Of a stretch of DNA of 32,000 bases, positions 16,732-25,619 are shown piece after piece (position 1 is the first letter of the stretch; each line of letters opens with the position of its first letter). This stretch comes from Breznakia sp. PF5-3 (GTDB lineage: Bacteria; Bacillota_I; Bacilli_A; Erysipelotrichales; Erysipelotrichaceae), in contig NZ_JAQFIQ010000026.1 of assembly GCF_029504745.1 (NCBI RefSeq), positions 1,565-33,564 of the forward strand, written 5' to 3'. Made by a program: the position numbers and the translations under genes. A model generated the notes under the pieces. That model was not told the DNA's origin. It saw only the letters and a program-made list of their open reading frames with translations, and ran no database searches.

Positions 16732-17475
16732 ATGAAACTTGTATTAATTCGCCATGGAGAAAGTGTATGGAATAAAGAAAACTTATTTACTGGTTGGACG
16801 GATGTTGATTTGTCTGATACTGGAAAAGAAGAAGCGAAAACTGCTGGAAAGCTATTAAAAGAAGATAACTATGATTTTGATGTTTGTTATACTTCTTATT
16901 TAAAAAGAGCAATCCACACACAGAATTATGTATTAGAAGCGCTAGATCGTGAATGGCTTCCCGTTTATAAAAGTTGGAAATTAAACGAACGTCACTATGG
17001 AGCCTTACAAGGTTTAAATAAGGCTGAAACTGCTGAAAAGTACGGAGATGAGCAAGTCAAAATCTGGCGTCGTTCATTTGATGTACAACCCCCAAGTTTA
17101 AGTAAAGATGACAAGCGTAATCCCCAATTATTAGAACAATATCGTTACGAAGATAAAAATCAATTACCTTTAGCTGAAAGTTTAAAAGATACGATAGCTA
17201 GAGTTATTCCTTATTATGAGGAAGAAATTGTAGCACAGATGAAAGCAGGTAAGCGAGTATTGATTACTGCTCATGGAAACTCACTACGAGCTTTGGTAAA
17301 ATATCTAGATAATTTAAGTGACGATGAAATCGTTGGTGTAAACATTCCTACTGGTGTTCCTTTAGTATATGAATTTGATAATAATTTTAATGTTATTAAT
17401 AAGTACTACCTAGGAAATCAAAGTGAGATTGAAAAGAAAATGCAAAGTGTTGCAAATCAAGGGAAAGCAAAATAA
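16732..17475 (+). CDS. gpmA: 2,3-bisphosphoglycerate-dependent phosphoglycerate mutase
   Basis: [28 protein letters not shown]..., ERHYGALQG, and a C-terminal ANQGKAK tail are classic GpmA features. Start at ATG 16732 after AAGGAGG. The track start at GTG 16714 is rejected. Confidence 0.92.
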   Translation: MKLVLIRHGESVWNKENLFTGWTDVDLSDTGKEEAKTAGKLLKEDNYDFDVCYTSYLKRAIHTQNYVLEALDREWLPVYKSWKLNERHYGALQGLNKAETAEKYGDEQVKIWRRSFDVQPPSLSKDDKRNPQLLEQYRYEDKNQLPLAESLKDTIARVIPYYEEEIVAQMKAGKRVLITAHGNSLRALVKYLDNLSDDEIVGVNIPTGVPLVYEFDNNFNVINKYYLGNQSEIEKKMQSVANQGKAK

Positions 17476-17498
17476 AAACAGGCATTGCCTGTTTTTTT
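17474..17498. terminator. Bidirectional terminator shared by gpmA and the convergent small membrane-protein gene
   Basis: aaaaacaggc-att-gcctgttttttt. Confidence 0.8.
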
Positions 17499-17784
17499 AG
17501 TATCCTACTGGAGCTATATTAAATGGATCTCCTAGTGGTGTGATTCCAAACGCTGGAAGAGAAAATATCAAAACTACGATAAGTACACTAAGCAACGCTA
17601 ACCAAGTTACTGCTCTTGTTACTATGTGCTTCTTTCTTTCACTCTCTGATAAATTACGAGTGATTAATTTTGCAATTGGCTCTCCAACTGTAAAAATGAT
17701 TCCCGCTGCTAAAAATGGCGCACCTAACACAATAATCCATCCACCAACTTCTGCTGGAACACGTATTCTCGCTAAATAATTCAT
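17497..17784 (-). CDS. Small membrane protein (2-3 TM), unknown function
   Basis: 95 aa with hydrophobic segments GGWIIVLGAPFLAAGIIFTV and AVTWLALLSVLIVVLIFSLPAF. AAGGAGG RBS. Ends in the shared terminator. Confidence 0.55.
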   Translation of the reverse strand: MNYLARIRVPAEVGGWIIVLGAPFLAAGIIFTVGEPIAKLITRNLSESERKKHIVTRAVTWLALLSVLIVVLIFSLPAFGITPLGDPFNIAPVGY

Positions 17785-17841
17785 ACTACCTCCTTATTTT
17801 GTCTACTATACTAGACGTTTTTTATTCCTAAAAAGTTTCAA

Positions 17842-18273
17842 TTATTTTAAAGGTTTTTTTCGTAAAGCAAGAATTTTTAATACTTCATCTACTTCTCGCT
17901 TATCTTTCATCGTATATTGAATCCATCCACCATGTTCTCCACATGGATATTTATCATCCCATAAAACTCTTGTTTTAGGAAGATAACTATCCAAATCCTT
18001 TTCAAAGATAACAGCTTCCTTACTTCCAATTTGGAGCATTGCTGTAATATCATTCTCTTCAAAAAATACATATGTTAGATGCTTTGCTTTATGAGCGTAC
18101 TTGTAGCCCCATCCATAGGCATTACCAAAAGGAAATTTTAAATCTTTAATTAAATCATAACGTTGATTCAAATTATCTTCTAAATATTCAAGCAATGCAT
18201 ATTGCTTTCCAATTGTACTTTTAATTTCATCTAAAGTTGGTTCATGCTTTTTATCTAACATTCTTTTTCCCAT
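17842..18273 (-). CDS. DUF3788-like protein
   Basis: 143 aa with GNAYGWGYKY...HLTYVFFEEN, a pattern I recognise from DUF3788-annotated proteins. AAAGGAG RBS. Confidence 0.5.
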   Translation of the reverse strand: MGKRMLDKKHEPTLDEIKSTIGKQYALLEYLEDNLNQRYDLIKDLKFPFGNAYGWGYKYAHKAKHLTYVFFEENDITAMLQIGSKEAVIFEKDLDSYLPKTRVLWDDKYPCGEHGGWIQYTMKDKREVDEVLKILALRKKPLK

Positions 18274-18378
18274 AATGTTTCTCCTTTACTATTTTTATTA
18301 TATCGGATAATTTTTATTTCTCAAAAAATGTGATAACAAAACCAAATTATGTGGAAGTAACAAATTAAGCCATTTTAC

Positions 18379-18407
18379 TTGAATATTCTAATGATTAATT
18401 GTATGAT
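18379..18407 (+). promoter_or_regulatory. Sigma-A promoter of the J-domain gene
   Basis: TTGAAT, 17 nt, TATGAT, with TG immediately upstream of the -10 box. Confidence 0.55.
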
Positions 18408-18445
18408 ATGTTTCAATAAGATATTGTTGGATTGGAGGCAATATA

Positions 18446-18925
18446 ATGGCACAAAAAGATTATTATCAAATATTAGGTGTCTCTAAAACTGCAACTGCGG
18501 ATGAAATAAAAAAAGCATATCGCAAATTAGCGATGAAGTATCATCCAGATGTTAGTAAAGAAGCTAATGCTGAGGCAAAAATAAAAGAAGTGAATGAGGC
18601 CTATGAAATTCTAGGTGATCCTGAAAAACGCAAGAGTTACGACCAATTTGGACAGGCAGGTCCTGAACAAATGCGTTATCGTCAACAATACCAACAAAGT
18701 GGACAAGGATCTTACCAACAATTTACAACCATGGAAGATTTATTTGAAGCTTTCTTTAGAGCTAATGCTCAACAACAACAGCAACGTCAACAATATCAAA
18801 ACCAACAACAATACCAATATAACAATCGCCCACGAAGACGCAGTGGAGGCTTTATAGGATTTATCATTCAATTGCTTATTATGAGTTTTCTCTTCCGTAT
18901 GTGGTTTTCCTTATTTGGATTATAA
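18446..18925 (+). CDS. J-domain (DnaJ-like) protein with Q/N-rich linker and C-terminal transmembrane tail
   Basis: J domain DYYQILGV...[14 protein letters not shown]...[19 protein letters not shown]. No Gly/Phe or zinc-finger region. Residues ~75-125 are Q/N/Y-rich ([19 protein letters not shown]). The last ~25 aa are hydrophobic ([25 protein letters not shown]). Confidence 0.8.
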   Translation: MAQKDYYQILGVSKTATADEIKKAYRKLAMKYHPDVSKEANAEAKIKEVNEAYEILGDPEKRKSYDQFGQAGPEQMRYRQQYQQSGQGSYQQFTTMEDLFEAFFRANAQQQQQRQQYQNQQQYQYNNRPRRRSGGFIGFIIQLLIMSFLFRMWFSLFGL

Positions 18926-18949
18926 AAGAACGCTTACGCGCTCTTTTTT
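18925..18949. terminator. Bidirectional terminator between the J-domain gene and the convergent 97-aa ORF
   Basis: aaaagaacgc-ttac-gcgctctttttt (one mismatch). Confidence 0.6.
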
Positions 18950-19241
18950 AATGCAATTTGTAAGATACATCTTGTGTGTAATCACTACAAATCTCCATTC
19001 TTTCTACTGCATTTTGTGAAAACTTAACAGCTTCCATTAGTTGATTTTCTTGACTATTATTCATCATCAATAAATCATCTCGAAACTCCTCAAGTATTTG
19101 CTGACTCGCTTCCTTGTTCAATACAAACGATACCAAAAGGCGATTTTTATTATATTGAACACGTTTTTTAGGAATCGTTTCTTCCCAAGAAATAGCTGAT
19201 AAATTAACACCCATTGCCAAAGCAAGATTATGTTTCATCAT
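18948..19241 (-). CDS. Hypothetical 97-aa protein with a possible short HTH-like N-terminus
   Basis: GAAAGGAAG RBS and its own TTACAA, 18 nt, TATAAT promoter (about 19300..19330). LALAMGVNLSAISWEE resembles XRE-type helix 2-3, but the domain would be incomplete. Confidence 0.45.
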   Translation of the reverse strand: MMKHNLALAMGVNLSAISWEETIPKKRVQYNKNRLLVSFVLNKEASQQILEEFRDDLLMMNNSQENQLMEAVKFSQNAVERMEICSDYTQDVSYKLH

Positions 19242-19357
19242 CCGTCACTTCCTTTCAATTTTTACTAATACAAGAATCAAATTGAACTGATACAACTAAC
19301 TATTCCCTCTATTATTATAGTAACATGAATCATACGATTGTAAATTATATTGATTGA

Positions 19358-20392
19358 CTAATCTTTCAAAATATCCTCAATCAATTTTGATACATCTTCT
19401 TCTCTTGTCATCCAGCTTGTAACAAAGCGAACCACAACTTTTTCACTTGATAATTCTTCCCATCTTATAAAAGCATATTCCTTTGAAAGTTCTTCCACTT
19501 TCTGTACAGGCAAAATTGGAAATAATTGATTGGTTGGTGAATCATATAAAAAATCATACCCTGCTTCTTGAAATGCTTGCTTTATCCGTTTTGCTTGTTT
19601 AATTGCATGTAATGAAATATCAAAGTATAAATTATTCTTAAACAATTGTAAAAACTGTATCCCTAAGATTCTTCCCTTAGCAAGCATCCCACCTCTTTGT
19701 TTGATATGATAGCGAAAGTCTTTTTTCAATTTCTCATTACGAATAATAACCGCCTCTCCAAAAAGAGTACCAATCTTAGTTCCTCCAATATAATATACAT
19801 CACACAACTCTGTAATATCAGCTAAAGTAAGATCATTCTCTTCAGCAACAAGACCATACCCCAAACGAGCTCCATCTAAATATAGTGGTAGCCCATACTC
19901 TTTACATACCTCTTTAATTGATATAAGTTCTTGTTTTGAATAAATGGTTCCATGTTCTGTAGGATTTGAAATAAACACCATGCCTGGTTGTACTGTATGT
20001 TCTTTATTGACATCCTTATCATGTTGTTCACAAACCTTCTGTATTTGAGCTGCCGAAATCTTTCCATCACTACTATCCAATGTAATAATACGATGCCCAC
20101 ATGCTTCAATTGCCCCTGTTTCATGTGTATAGATATGTCCTGAAACAGCTGCAATTACTCCTTGGTGGGGTTTTAGAATTGATGCAATCACAGTTAGATT
20201 TGTTTGCGTTCCTCCAACTAAAAAATGAACATCAATTTCATCATTCTCACATGCTTTTTTAATATATTTCTTTGCTTCTTCACAATAAGGATCTAACCCA
20301 TACCCTGGTGTTTGTTCAACATTGGTTTTTTCCAACAACGCCAAAATTTCTGGATGAGCGCCTTCTGCATAATCACATTCAAAACGAATCAT
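19358..20392 (-). CDS. ltaE: Low-specificity L-threonine aldolase / beta-eliminating lyase family PLP enzyme
   Basis: MIRFECDYAEGAHPEIL..., VGGTQTNL, DGARL, GGTKIG (PLP Lys). Start moved to M7 after a TAGGAGG RBS. Confidence 0.7.
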   Translation of the reverse strand: MIRFECDYAEGAHPEILALLEKTNVEQTPGYGLDPYCEEAKKYIKKACENDEIDVHFLVGGTQTNLTVIASILKPHQGVIAAVSGHIYTHETGAIEACGHRIITLDSSDGKISAAQIQKVCEQHDKDVNKEHTVQPGMVFISNPTEHGTIYSKQELISIKEVCKEYGLPLYLDGARLGYGLVAEENDLTLADITELCDVYYIGGTKIGTLFGEAVIIRNEKLKKDFRYHIKQRGGMLAKGRILGIQFLQLFKNNLYFDISLHAIKQAKRIKQAFQEAGYDFLYDSPTNQLFPILPVQKVEELSKEYAFIRWEELSSEKVVVRFVTSWMTREEDVSKLIEDILKD

Positions 20393-20493
20393 ACTATTAC
20401 CTCCTAACAATATATAACATTATAGTATCGTCTTTTTTTGAAACTCACAATATTAATTATTGAAAAAAATGATATCTAACTAGAAAGCTTAAA

Positions 20494-20523
20494 CAAAAAA
20501 AGAAACATTGCTGTTTCTTTTTC
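20494..20523. terminator. Intrinsic terminator downstream of the oxidoreductase gene
   Basis: aaaaaaagaaaca-ttgc-tgtttcttttt. Confidence 0.75.
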
Positions 20524-20529
20524 AAATTG

Positions 20530-21510
20530 CTATTTATCACAAGGGAATACAATCTTCGCTTCTTTACGACATTCGCTCAATACTTCATGAATTTCTTTGG
20601 ATAATGTATGAGGAACACTTACTGATGATATCTCTCCCTTATTAACCTGTTCTATCATTTCTTTTATCTCATAATAAAAGTTTTCACTTGGTTTTTCACT
20701 AATAATCTTACTTTCTTTCTTTATGCGATCATATAAAATAACTTCTTGTGGTTGACTCGGTTGATCAATTGTAATCATACCTTGCTCTCCACATATCTCA
20801 CAAAGATTTTTTGTATCAGATGCTTTTGAATAAGATAATGTCGCAATAAAATCATCATATACAAAGATACTTGCTCCTGCTACATCAGCACCTGTATCTA
20901 ATACTTCTGCTCTACTAATAATTTCTTTTGGTTTTCCAAACAAGGCGATACAATCAGCAATTACATATACGCCTAAATCCATAATCGCTCCATTTGCTAA
21001 ATCACTGCGAAAGGTAGAAGGATTTTCGCCACGCAAATATGCATCATAGCGAGATGAATATTTGGCAAACGTAAATGTAACTTGATGAATTTTTCCTATT
21101 TGGGAAATACTTTCTTTCACTTTCTTTAAGTTTGGATTGTATAGTGGTATCAACCCTTCTTGCAAATATGTATTGTTTTTTGTAGCACATGCATACATTT
21201 CAGCTACTTCATCTTTATTACTTGCTAATGGTTTCTCACAAAAGGTTGGAATCTTACGATCCAAAAAATACATACTAATTTCCTTGTGCAACCCATTAGG
21301 AACTGCAATATAAACGGCATCAATCAAACCTGCTTCTGCCATTTCTTGATAAGAACCATAAGCATTGGGGATATCATATTTATCTGCAAAACGCTTTGCT
21401 ATTTCTTGAGAAACATCCGCAACTCCGACAACTTCACATGCATCAACAAGCTTCGCTCCATCCATAAAAAAATCTGATACAAAATTCGTTCCTACTATTC
21501 CAAATTTCAT
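20530..21510 (-). CDS. Gfo/Idh/MocA family oxidoreductase
   Basis: 326 aa. N-terminal MKFGIVGTNFVS Rossmann motif and the family EKPLA motif (FCEKPLAS). Confidence 0.85.
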   Translation of the reverse strand: MKFGIVGTNFVSDFFMDGAKLVDACEVVGVADVSQEIAKRFADKYDIPNAYGSYQEMAEAGLIDAVYIAVPNGLHKEISMYFLDRKIPTFCEKPLASNKDEVAEMYACATKNNTYLQEGLIPLYNPNLKKVKESISQIGKIHQVTFTFAKYSSRYDAYLRGENPSTFRSDLANGAIMDLGVYVIADCIALFGKPKEIISRAEVLDTGADVAGASIFVYDDFIATLSYSKASDTKNLCEICGEQGMITIDQPSQPQEVILYDRIKKESKIISEKPSENFYYEIKEMIEQVNKGEISSVSVPHTLSKEIHEVLSECRKEAKIVFPCDK

Positions 21511-21552
21511 GTTTTTCTCCTTTGCCTTTCCATATTATCTATATTATATAAT

Positions 21553-21584
21553 AAAAGTTCTAGAAATAACTACTAGAACTTTTT
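21553..21584. terminator. Intrinsic terminator downstream of the ABC-F gene
   Basis: aaaagttctag-aaataacta-ctagaacttttt. Confidence 0.7.
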
Positions 21585-21587
21585 CAT

Positions 21588-23102
21588 TTATTCACTGATC
21601 CATTTTTGATGATCAATTTTATATACTTTTGGATGTAATTGATTCAGTAAATAACGATCATGTGTTGTAAGTATTAAACAGCCTTGATATTCTTTTAAAA
21701 GCCGTGTAATTACTGGTTTACTAAGTGGTGAAATATTTCTTGTTGGTTCATCCATCAATAACACTTTTGGTTCTGACAAAATTAAATACACCACACATAA
21801 TTTAGCTTTTTGCCCTTCACTTAAATCCATAATCTTTTTATCCATCTCAAGTGCTGTTAAGTGAATAGCGCCTAAAAATTCTTGAATTTGTGTAAGTGAA
21901 CTCTCTGTAGCTTGTTGTAGAAACTGAATTGGTGTTTTTTGATAATCTAATATCTCTTCATAGTTCTGTGGCATATATGCATAATCCAAATCATTGTCAG
22001 CAATGATTTGACGTACTGTTTTCAACAGAATCGTTTTTCCTGTTCCATTGTCACCAATCAGTGCTATCTTATCTTGTCCAAAAATTTCTATATTACAATC
22101 TTTTATTAATAATCGATCATTGATATAAATATCTTCATGTAAATCAAGGACGCGTTTGCTAGCATGATAATGCTCATTTTTTAATTGCAAATTAATCTCT
22201 TCTTCATAGGTATCTAAGTCAAAATCATCTTCACCTAATCTTTCTTCAATACCTTTCACAACCTTCATTTTCTTCTTTAATAAACGTCCCATAAATGGCA
22301 TACTTCTTGGTACATTGTTTTGTGCATGAGTAACCGCATTTTTAATATCATTAATATGATTCATTTGCTTTTTATACTCGCGTTTCTTACTCGCAACAAC
22401 TTGCTTTTCCTTATCGTAAAGCTGATTGCGTTGTTCCACATATTCATGATAATCATTTCCAACCAGCGTCCATACGGGTTTATTACGTTTATTACGTTGT
22501 TCTAAATGTAATATCTGATCTGCACATTCTTCAATTAATTCAATATCATGAGAAATAAATAAAACTCCACAACTACTCATTTTTATATACTCACTCAACC
22601 ATTCAATCGTTGAAATATCCAAATCATTTGTTGGTTCATCCAACAACAATAAATCAGGGTCATCTTTTAATACTTTTAACAGTCGAAGTTTAACCCTTTC
22701 ACCTCCACTTAATTCTTTCATTTTCTGATCTCGATACAATAATTCTTTTGGTATATTAATCTTCACACATAATGCTTCATACGTTTGATATAAGTTATAG
22801 TCTAATTCTTCGTCTATTTGGTCCTTCAATAAAAATTCATAAATAAAACATGCATTCCAATCCTCTCCTATCTGCTGTGGCAGATAAGCAACAAGATCAA
22901 ACTGCATGTCTATAGTTCCAATAATCTGTGCATAAGAATGCACACTCCTTTTATCATATATTGCTTTCAAAAGTGTAGATTTACCATTTCCCTCTTCACC
23001 AATGATAGCAATTTTATCACCTTTATTTATAATAAGTGACAAATCATTTATTAATACTTTTGAAGTAGTATCAGTTATTGTAAGATGCTGTATTTTTAAC
23101 AT
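21588..23102 (-). CDS. ABC-F family ATPase (two NBDs, no TMD)
   Basis: 505 aa from ATG 23102 (RBS GAGAGGGGGA). NBD1 has GEEGNGKST, LSGGERVKL, LLLDEPTNDLD. A charged inter-domain linker of about 70 aa follows (YDKEKQVVASKKREYKKQM...). NBD2 has GDNGTGKT, LSEGQKAKL, LLMDEPTRN. Confidence 0.85.
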   Translation of the reverse strand: MLKIQHLTITDTTSKVLINDLSLIINKGDKIAIIGEEGNGKSTLLKAIYDKRSVHSYAQIIGTIDMQFDLVAYLPQQIGEDWNACFIYEFLLKDQIDEELDYNLYQTYEALCVKINIPKELLYRDQKMKELSGGERVKLRLLKVLKDDPDLLLLDEPTNDLDISTIEWLSEYIKMSSCGVLFISHDIELIEECADQILHLEQRNKRNKPVWTLVGNDYHEYVEQRNQLYDKEKQVVASKKREYKKQMNHINDIKNAVTHAQNNVPRSMPFMGRLLKKKMKVVKGIEERLGEDDFDLDTYEEEINLQLKNEHYHASKRVLDLHEDIYINDRLLIKDCNIEIFGQDKIALIGDNGTGKTILLKTVRQIIADNDLDYAYMPQNYEEILDYQKTPIQFLQQATESSLTQIQEFLGAIHLTALEMDKKIMDLSEGQKAKLCVVYLILSEPKVLLMDEPTRNISPLSKPVITRLLKEYQGCLILTTHDRYLLNQLHPKVYKIDHQKWISE

Positions 23103-23225
23103 ACAAATTCCCCCTCTCAAATAGTTAAGGGACCATAGACAAGACATTATCAAAATATCGTATTCGAGATATTTCAAATTTCATAATGTATTATCTATTT
23201 CTTCATCTTCTCACCACCTGCAAAC

Positions 23226-23234
23226 ATTATAGCA
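23226..23234 (-). promoter_or_regulatory. Extended -10 promoter (TGcTATAAT) for the ABC-F gene
   Basis: Minus strand gtTGCTATAATg. It implies a 5' leader of about 115 nt. Confidence 0.5.
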
Positions 23235-23258
23235 CAACTTTCCCATAAAAAAAGCGTT

Positions 23259-24605
23259 TTATAACTCTTTTCTAGTATATTTTTGATAACTTACAACACT
23301 TATAATTATCATCATAGCAAATCCTAGTAATAAAAACTGGTGATTGATATCACTTGCATCAGATGTTTTTACACTTTGCATAGATATCCTTTTACTATCC
23401 TCTTTCGTATCATTTACTGGTAGCTTTGTTGAATCTTTTGGTTTTGAATCAACAGGTGTTATTACAAGCTCTTCATCACTCTCATAATGATATGTGATAG
23501 TTAACTTGTGAGCCAATATCCAATTGTCTGATAAATAATATAATATGTATTCTGGGTGATCGAAAGGATCATCATCTAAATGAAATGGATAAGCACTTAA
23601 TTTGTGCATATGTACATCATCCTCAATCTTTAAAGTCTCTGTAACAACAGGTGTTTTCCAAGTAACAGTATTCCCTGAAAATCCAATACTAGATCCGCTA
23701 GTCACCGCACTACTACTTGATGGTTTTACTGCAGGATTTCCATAATCTTCTACTTCATAAAAACCAGCAATATCCAATGATGTACTTGTTGCATCAGTGA
23801 TTGTTATAATTGATGAATCTCCATATGTATTCGTATTATCATAGAACCCCATATGTTTTAGTGTTCCTTTGCGATTACTATATGTCGTTGTATCATAAAA
23901 CTGCCCAACATACTTTAGATTGATGGACTGTCCAACAACCGCAGTAAAACTGGTATTCAATGTGTATACTTTCCAAAAGTCATTCATACTATCAATTTCT
24001 GCTTTTGTCATACCAATAGGATCGGGATTCATTTTATCTTGCCGATTTTGATAGACAATTGCAGAAACATTATATTTCTTTACTTCTGCTACCAATACTT
24101 TTACAACATATGGATCCTCTGTTTGCTCATATTCAGAAATATAGGAAAAAGATTCATTTTGATTATAAGGAACTACCATATAATTCATTGGTAAGTTTTG
24201 ATTAAACATTGCATTAATATCACCAATTTTCTTTATGTAATCTCCTATATAATCTTCATAATCTGCATATCCTTCATCAGCTCCAATAAAGGTACTAGCA
24301 TTATAATTTCCAACATAGTATTCTATTCTCACTTTTTGACGATATCTAGAAATACTAATTTCTTTTAAATCATATTGTTTATCATTATATTCTTTTTGTT
24401 GAAGATTGTTACCTTGTTCATCATTCAACAAATTTGTCGTCTCATCTTCTTTAATTGTTCTATTTGATGAAACAGTTGTTCCATCATAGTCATACTGTAT
24501 CTGAACACCTTTCTCATCTGCATGAACATTACCACCTAAAACGGTTGAACAAATGCCTATAATAGATACAGTAACTATCACTACTATTTTCTTTAATACT
24601 TTCAT
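23259..24605 (-). CDS. Secreted surface protein with C-terminal membrane anchor, unknown function
   Basis: 448 aa. N-terminal signal peptide (KKIVVIVTVSIIGICSTVLGGNVHA-DE). The C-terminus has a hydrophobic helix plus basic tail (FLLLGFAMMIIISVVSYQKYTRKEL), preceded by SVKTSD rather than LPXTG. GGGAGG RBS. Confidence 0.65.
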   Translation of the reverse strand: MKVLKKIVVIVTVSIIGICSTVLGGNVHADEKGVQIQYDYDGTTVSSNRTIKEDETTNLLNDEQGNNLQQKEYNDKQYDLKEISISRYRQKVRIEYYVGNYNASTFIGADEGYADYEDYIGDYIKKIGDINAMFNQNLPMNYMVVPYNQNESFSYISEYEQTEDPYVVKVLVAEVKKYNVSAIVYQNRQDKMNPDPIGMTKAEIDSMNDFWKVYTLNTSFTAVVGQSINLKYVGQFYDTTTYSNRKGTLKHMGFYDNTNTYGDSSIITITDATSTSLDIAGFYEVEDYGNPAVKPSSSSAVTSGSSIGFSGNTVTWKTPVVTETLKIEDDVHMHKLSAYPFHLDDDPFDHPEYILYYLSDNWILAHKLTITYHYESDEELVITPVDSKPKDSTKLPVNDTKEDSKRISMQSVKTSDASDINHQFLLLGFAMMIIISVVSYQKYTRKEL

Positions 24606-24640
24606 TCTATATGCCTCCCTGAATGATGAGGCTATCTTAT

Positions 24641-24669
24641 CATTTTATAAATATTACATTTATAAAATG
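24641..24669. promoter_or_regulatory. Perfect 12-bp inverted repeat CATTTTATAAAT-N5-ATTTATAAAATG upstream of the surface protein gene
   Basis: The arms at 24641..24652 and 24658..24669 are exact reverse complements. The repeat lies 36-64 nt upstream of the start codon. Confidence 0.45.
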
Positions 24670-24698
24670 TCTTAAAACACAATTAAAATGCTATCGAA

Positions 24699-24728
24699 CA
24701 AAAAAACAGTCTATTTATGTAGACTGTT
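24699..24728 (-). terminator. Intrinsic terminator of the HPS-like/PHP operon
   Basis: aacagtcta-tttatg-tagactgtt overlapping the PHP stop, with a U-run on the minus strand (A6 on the plus strand). Confidence 0.75.
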
Positions 24729-25605
24729 TCATTAGCTTTCTTATTTCATTAATTAAGATGTCTTCTTCCGCTTTTGGCATTCTACATTCTCCCATAAATA
24801 CTCTAGGTTTCGTTTTGCCATGAAAATCACTTCCACATGTCATCAATAATTGATGGCTTTGTGCATAGTTCTTATAATAATCAATTTGTTCAGCACTATG
24901 ATAACTACTATATACTTCTATACCATCAATACCTGAGTCTATGATATCTTCCATCAATTGATCATTTTCTTTCACATTGTTACCAGGATGCGCTAATACA
25001 ACAAGTGCTCCTTGCTTACGATAAATTGTGAGTGCATCTTCAAGGGTAATATATTTAATTTCCACATAGGCTGGTTTTCCTTTTGCACAATAATCCCAAT
25101 AGAAGTTTACATAAGGATTATCACTACGTGCGCCACCAGGATAATATTCTTTTAAATATGGATTATCACGATTTCTTTCATCTTCCATTATGACTTCACA
25201 TATTGTTTCTGCAACATACACGCCATTGGGCGATAATGCATCCAATTTCACTTTATCAATATAAACATTAAGAATATTTTGTATGACATCAAGTCGCATT
25301 TGACTAGCCGCCAACTCTTGTTCTAATATAGTTTCTTCTATTTCCTCAAATATATCACTAGTTGGATCAATCCCATATCCTAATAGATGAAAATCTTTAT
25401 CTTGAAAAGTCACATCCAACTCAATTGCTGGAATTATTTCAATACCTTTCTTATCAACATTATCAAAATATGCTTTTGTTGAATTATGATCCGTTATTGC
25501 AATATAAGATATAGCTTTCTTATTTGCCATATCAATCAACATTTGGGGTGTATACTCACCATCATCGCTATATAGTGAGTGCATATGCAAATCAATTTTA
25601 TTCAT
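24715..25605 (-). CDS. PHP-domain phosphoesterase (TrpH/YciV-like)
   Basis: 296 aa. IDLHMHSLYSDDG, ITDHNS, IPAIEL, LAHPG and GSDFHG are the PHP metal-binding motifs in canonical order. Confidence 0.8.
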   Translation of the reverse strand: MNKIDLHMHSLYSDDGEYTPQMLIDMANKKAISYIAITDHNSTKAYFDNVDKKGIEIIPAIELDVTFQDKDFHLLGYGIDPTSDIFEEIEETILEQELAASQMRLDVIQNILNVYIDKVKLDALSPNGVYVAETICEVIMEDERNRDNPYLKEYYPGGARSDNPYVNFYWDYCAKGKPAYVEIKYITLEDALTIYRKQGALVVLAHPGNNVKENDQLMEDIIDSGIDGIEVYSSYHSAEQIDYYKNYAQSHQLLMTCGSDFHGKTKPRVFMGECRMPKAEEDILINEIRKLMKQST

Positions 25606-25619
25606 TTGAAGCTCCTTTA

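Noticed and set aside
18650-18835. CAA/CAG-rich DNA in the J-protein gene as a possible tandem repeat or phase-variation tract
   Set aside because: The repeats are imperfect and interrupted (caacaacaacagcaacgtcaacaatatcaa...), with no homopolymer or exact unit array. They are better explained as coding for a Q-rich linker.
19876-20154. Same-strand alternative-frame ORFs inside ltaE (19876..20154) and inside the PTS gene (29907..30122)
   Set aside because: Both are embedded out of frame in strongly supported enzyme and transporter genes. They have no RBS and implausible composition.
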